Assembly (NCBI RefSeq): GCF_037042905.1
Contig: NC_087255.1
Coordinates: 17,856,001 to 17,920,000, forward strand
Length of the DNA stretch: 64,000 nucleotides
Source of the DNA: Lytechinus pictus
Lineage: Eukaryota
Direction of reading: 5' to 3'
Below, piece after piece: positions 59,301 to 64,000 of this stretch (its first letter is position 1; each line of letters opens with the position of its first letter). Both the position numbers and the translations under genes were made by a program. The notes beneath the pieces are model-generated. The model had not been told where the DNA came from. It saw nothing but the letters and a program-made list of their open reading frames with translations, and ran no database searches.

Positions 59301-62300
59301 GTAGGCCGAATGGTCGAGGCTGGGCAGATGGACATTCCACGAGGCCTTTAGCCTTGAGAGACACTAAAGTGAACGTCCAGATTCATAATGAGAATGTGAA
59401 CAGGGTCAAGGAGGTTCCGAGGTGTACGTTAGTTGCGCGACCTTTGACCCGAGAGCAAGTAGAAGAGGTTTGGAAAAGTGCAACGCTGAATAGGTGGGTA
59501 TTTTTTTTATTCATTAATAAACCCAATAACAGATTATATTCTGTCTTCTGATTAATTTAACATTTTAAGCATTTTCATCTGATTGATTATTCATTATATA
59601 AAAGTTGTTTTCTATATTTTGATGGCATTTCAGATAGAAACTTCAATAATCCTGGGCACCTTTTCATGAACTGAATATAATCTGCAAAATAATTTACAAA
59701 GTTGCTAACAGCCAATCAAATGTCATAATTTCTGTGATTTGTAAGTAACTTATAACTTGTCATTGATATTTGATAACCGCGAAATGAAAGGAGAGCTTGG
59801 GACCCTGCTTCCAAATATTAAACCTTTATCCATAAAAAGACCTCTAGGGATAACATTTACCACTATATTATTAATATTATACCCTTACATGCATGCAGTA
59901 ACAAGTTGTTATTTTATCCCACTTGTTACCAATGATCATTTGTTCTTTTATAAGCAAATGAAATCAAGAGACTGTTTTGATTTGGCACGATTGTTTTTCA
60001 AAGTGCTGTCTTTATATGAAGATATTGATTAATTTAGAACTCTAATTTCGATTCCATAATTTAGTTTTGCAGTCACTCGGGATAGCTTTTGGCATATTGT
60101 GAATGGAATGATAATTGTCTGAACTGATTAAATGTTGCAAAAATATTAATATGATTTCTCTCGTTCTCTCTATTTCTCTTACACTGCCTCTCCCCTCTCT
60201 ATTTCTCCTTTTCTCTCCCTGTGTATTACTACTCTCATTCTCCTCTTTCTGTCCTCATCTTCCCCCACCCTCTTCCCCTACTCTTATGTATCTCCTTTTC
60301 CCATTTTCTCTACACTCTGGTCATTCTTTCCTTAATCCGCCAAGTTACGCAAGGTGTTTGTCTTTTTATTTGTAAATAATATATTTATAATGTTTGATTG
60401 CTATATCATGTTATCATTTTATTGTTATATTTTGTAAATCCAATGCAATTCAGCCTAATTGGCTGCGATGTGTGGATATTCTAATAAAACCAATAAACCC
60501 CTCTCTCTTTCTTTCTCTCATAGGCTTCAGAGATTACTCTGGTTATCAACACTAGATGGTTTACTGGATGACTCGGTCATTGTCCCCTCTGATATCATTC
60601 ACAACTGCACCCACATCAATAAGAATGGAGTAGTCCAACTCATCAACAAAGAGAATGATCTACCGCACTGGGTGCTGTCTGCGATGAGATGCCTTGCTAA
60701 TTGTATGTATGAATAAAGGGTTGTGAGAACGTAGGGGGTATTTCATAAAACTGGGTGTAAGTTATACATGATTTTGTGATTGTCTTGCACAAGGATCTTA
60801 TGTTGTGCGTAAAGTCCTGTATAACTTATGAACGACTAATGACCCTGAATACAACAAGTATTATCTTTCAGAAAATCGAGAGTTATAAAAAAATTGTCAC
60901 TGTTGATTTTCAATACCAGTGTATTATTTATCTCACCTTATTTTGTTTATCATTTCTCCAAGTTTCAAGATATTGATTGTTATTACATTCAGTTATTTTT
61001 TCTGCCAATCATGAAGCAGTGCTTTCTGAATTGGTCACTTGTAATCATTTACGTTTACTTACAATCCATTGTTTTGTAGATTGTGGATACTTGTGTATTC
61101 AAAGTTTATCTTTTCTTTTCTACCAGGGCCTAACAAAATTGACTCTGAGCTACCGAGTTATCCTGGTTTCGAGCGAGATGTCTTCAAGACCATCAGTAAT
61201 TACTTCCAGAGCCTCCCCGAGCCTCTCATTACATACAGCAGATACGACCTGGTGGCTGAAGCTTTTGGTAGGTCTCAATACTAACATAACACCATATCCT
61301 ATGTGTGGGACAGTGAATTGTGATCTAGTTCAAAGTCTTGTTCTTAGCATGCATATAAAGAATTCATGACATAGCATAATATAGATAAAATTGCAGCTCT
61401 AGTTAAATAATTCCGGCAAAATGAAGTTTGGAGGTTTGTGCATGGAACATTTCTTTCATTAGAGGTATCTAATGAAGCTCACTATTCAAGCTGTTGCTGT
61501 ATTTGATAGCACCCTCCCATGTGACGTATACATTTTTAGTGAATAAATGACTTCAGGTTATAAAGGTAAAAAGGTAATAAAGTGAAGAAAAAAAAAAAAA
61601 CAATAAAACAATTATGATAAAAATAAGTTAAACAAGATGAAGATTTTTTAAAATTTATATCAGAATAAAAATTGAAGGAAAAATTGTTATTAAAACAAAT
61701 CCAAACAAATGCAAACTTTTATTTCAATCATTAATCTACCAAATTATAAATGGCCTGTCATACTTAGACTCATTCTTATTTCAGACTCCTGTGATTTCAT
61801 TATTTGAGTAAATCACAATTTAAAGTGGTGGGGCATGCGATAGAAACAATGCTTGTAAAATCATCTTGCTTCAGATAATAGACATAGCAGTAGGATGTAT
61901 AGACAATTGACATTTAATCTGAGTTATCTAGTTGGCCTTATGTATTGTTTGTTTTGTTTTGGTCTTGCATGCTTGTTTGTTTACCTGTACATCCATCCCT
62001 TCCTGTCCTTCCCTTAGAACCCAATTAAAGAACCCCAGCCAATAAATAATGCTTATTAATAAATGCTTGTTAATCTTATGCTTGTAGTTGTAGGCTCTTT
62101 CTTCTGGGAGAGAAAAACAGTCGCAAAAGGTAGAAGCACATTTATAGGAAAAGTATATTTATTTTATCCATCATATACTGGCAGATAATCGTTATACAGT
62201 TATGGAATGCTTATTCTAACCCCCCCCCCCCCCTGTAACAGGATCCAATTCTATGAGACTACTGATGATCTATTTCTGTCAATATCTTCTGGTTTATTTC

Positions 62301-64000
62301 TTTGTTTATTTCTATGCACCATTATTTTACCTTAAAATCATTTCTGCCCCAAATAATGGAGAATTATATAACATGTACCTTCTTAATATGATGCACATGA
62401 CAAATAATAATGTAAATCAAGTATGCAACATACAGTATAATATATTAATTATAATCTACTGTATAGGATCATATAAATATGTAAAGAAATATATATAATA
62501 CTTTTATAATGTGTAATGTTTATGATAAACACTCTTAGAATTATTAAGATGGGAAATACTGCTGATAATGATACAGTAGAATCTTTTTTTGTATGGGGTC
62601 AATGGAATCTTTTGTTCTTTGTTATTTATATGAGATTATTGGATTTCTGATGTTTTTGGGAACTATTATTTGCTGTTTATTTTTTCTTTGCTTGCATGCT
62701 TTTCATGTATCCCGTACTCATGCTTTCTAATTTCTTTCCCCATATTCCACAAAGTAAAGAAACTAATTCATTTCCCCCTCTTTCTTTTCCATCTTTTCCC
62801 CTCATCCCCTTTTTTTCATGGTGTACCCCTATCATCAATAACACACAACAGTCAGTATGGAATGCAGGGATCGGGGCATTATTCCCGGGCAAGAGGGCGT
62901 CACTGTCTTTACAGGTGTCCACGGAGGGCTCACTTCGTTTCAGTCCGTGGAGACGCTCATGTTGAACATGACCATGGGAGGGAAGCATTCATCGACCAAC
63001 ACGCCGAACATGGAGAGGAAGAATCCGCAGGCGAGGAAGAGCCGCGCCGTGCGACGTAGCACCAGCTTTGGACTTGTGGATGGAATGCTACGGAATGAGA
63101 CACCGCATCTTCCGCCCAAGCAGAACAAGAGACCCAGGACGGGGTTGAACAAACAGTTTGGCAGCGTTGATGTTATTGGAAGTACATGTAACAATGATCT
63201 GCCTCAAGGTAATTTGAATTATCACCATGGTCGGGCTGCGAGGTCGAATCCGCAGAGGGTCAGTAACAAGGATGATGACTATGGCTTTGCCAACATGCCA
63301 CCCGCTCCACCTCCTAGACACCTAGCAGCAGAGGTGAGTTCAGTCAGTGATCAGTCTCAGTATGACAAGACACAGTCCATCTCACCAGACCTTGTACGCA
63401 GGAAGTGCAGCTCCCTGACCAACATCCAAGATGCTGGGAAGCGTGGGATCGCCACCCGATCAAGAACGGGAGGACTCTTCGCCTCCAAGAGGTTCGGCTC
63501 CGCCACCGAGCTATTCAGTAAACTGGTCAAGAAGAAATCGCCCTCTCAGGCTGGGCTCAACGACGAGGTTAATCGTCCAGCGGAGAACCCGGCCAAGACA
63601 GGCAAAGATCATGTGACTAGCAGTCATCGGATCATCTCTCCTGGCCTAGCCCCGCCTCCTTCATACCCCGTCTACACATCGTCCCCAATCGAGCCGGTAA
63701 TTACCCAAGGCTTCCACTCCAGCACCCAGAACATTACCCCCGACACCCAACACCACCCAAACCGCATCAGTCCTCCATACCCTGCCCCACTCAGAGCAAC
63801 TCTATCTTACTCAGAAATACCCACCCATCAAAGTTTGATGACCCTGCCTACCCAAAGTTCGATCACCCCTACTGGTATGCCATCAGCTATCATGGGGTCA
63901 GTGTACTCTCGTAGGAGTACATCGGACATTCCAACTTCGACCCCTTATGAGAATATAGAGCCGATATCTCATAAAATCCTCCAGCGACATGGAAGTGTTG
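53303..64000 (+). CDS. DEPDC1: DEP domain-containing protein 1-like (DEP plus RhoGAP-like domain), 3' incomplete
   Basis: Exons 53303-53350 (MEKPKATIGPFRATKL), 56755-57032 (WNSIVSDFRAGIPLKRHRWRMRYYDNCF...DWL...FGP), 59107-59493, 60524-60702 (NDLPHWVLSAMRCLAN), 61127-61267 (WP...YPGFERDVFKTISNYF...EPL), then a long open exon from 62852 (or 62915) to the window end (SFQSVETLML...). Phases consistent. Motifs match DEPDC1A/B as recalled; A versus B cannot be assigned. Confidence 0.9.
53688..53797. repeat. Perfect 38-bp inverted repeat with 34-nt spacer
   Basis: 53688-53725 CTCGAGCGAAGTTCGTGCAGGCTCCACTCCACTTCACT is the exact reverse complement of 53760-53797. Confidence 0.95.
54040..54385 (-). 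mobile_element. 3' fragment of a CR1-like LINE ORF2 (frameshifted)
   Basis: Minus-strand peptides YGRRLREMKLPSIKYRLRRGDMIQTYKIIHG and VNDWNSLPTEVVTASTINGFKTKLDKFW are typical of the post-RT C-terminus of CR1-group LINEs. Confidence 0.8.

Noticed and set aside
59250-59400. APC/C D-box or KEN degrons in DEPDC1 exon 3 (RLTMRDTN, LALRDTKVN, HNEN)
   Set aside because: None matches the RxxL or KEN consensus exactly; too weak to claim.
62088-62129. Possible 36-42 nt phase-1 cassette exon of DEPDC1 (GSFFWERKTVAK)
   Set aside because: AG/GT and frame fit, but the donor (GTAGAA) is weak and there is no recognisable homology; needs RNA evidence.
155-63616. Most short ORFs in the supplied track (e.g. 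1820..2122, 9494..9916, 14045..14404, 33514..33768, 51878..52243)
   Set aside because: Low-complexity, repeat-derived or antisense/alternate-frame shadows of real exons, often with non-ATG starts and no domain signal.

Overview
AT-rich, intron-rich eukaryotic (animal) genomic DNA. The gene content and repeat landscape suggest a marine invertebrate deuterostome, most likely a sea urchin; this is inference, not verified. Reading splice sites and phases by hand gives five genes. (1) The probable first coding exon of a minus-strand gene that leaves the window to the left. (2) Head-to-head with it, a 5-exon glutathione S-transferase-fold gene (2663-9349, 278 aa) with an unusual N-terminal hydrophobic anchor. 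(3) A complete 14-exon glucosidase II beta subunit gene (PRKCSH, 15816-46213, 577 aa, ends HDEL). (4) An Ig-like type I membrane protein gene with a single coding exon, nested antisense in the 14.6 kb PRKCSH intron 12, whose tail has been replaced by a TTAA-inserting MITE. (5) The 5' part of a DEPDC1-like gene (53303 to window end) with a CCAAT/FOX/CDE-CHR promoter. Introns and intergenic DNA are packed with non-autonomous elements: Harbinger-like CWG MITEs, Kolobok-like TTAA MITEs, hAT-like and Tc1/mariner-like MITEs, Helentron-like tandem-repeat elements, tRNA-derived SINEs and a CR1 fragment. The most unusual observations are: recurrent TA-to-TACATGTA 6-bp insertions (about 30 TACATGTA octamers by eye) resembling transposon excision footprints; a repeat carrying a tRNA cloverleaf with a UCA (opal-reading) anticodon and a Pol III terminator; an inverted PRKCSH exon-4 duplicate whose exon is far better conserved than its intron; and the non-canonical nested Ig receptor.
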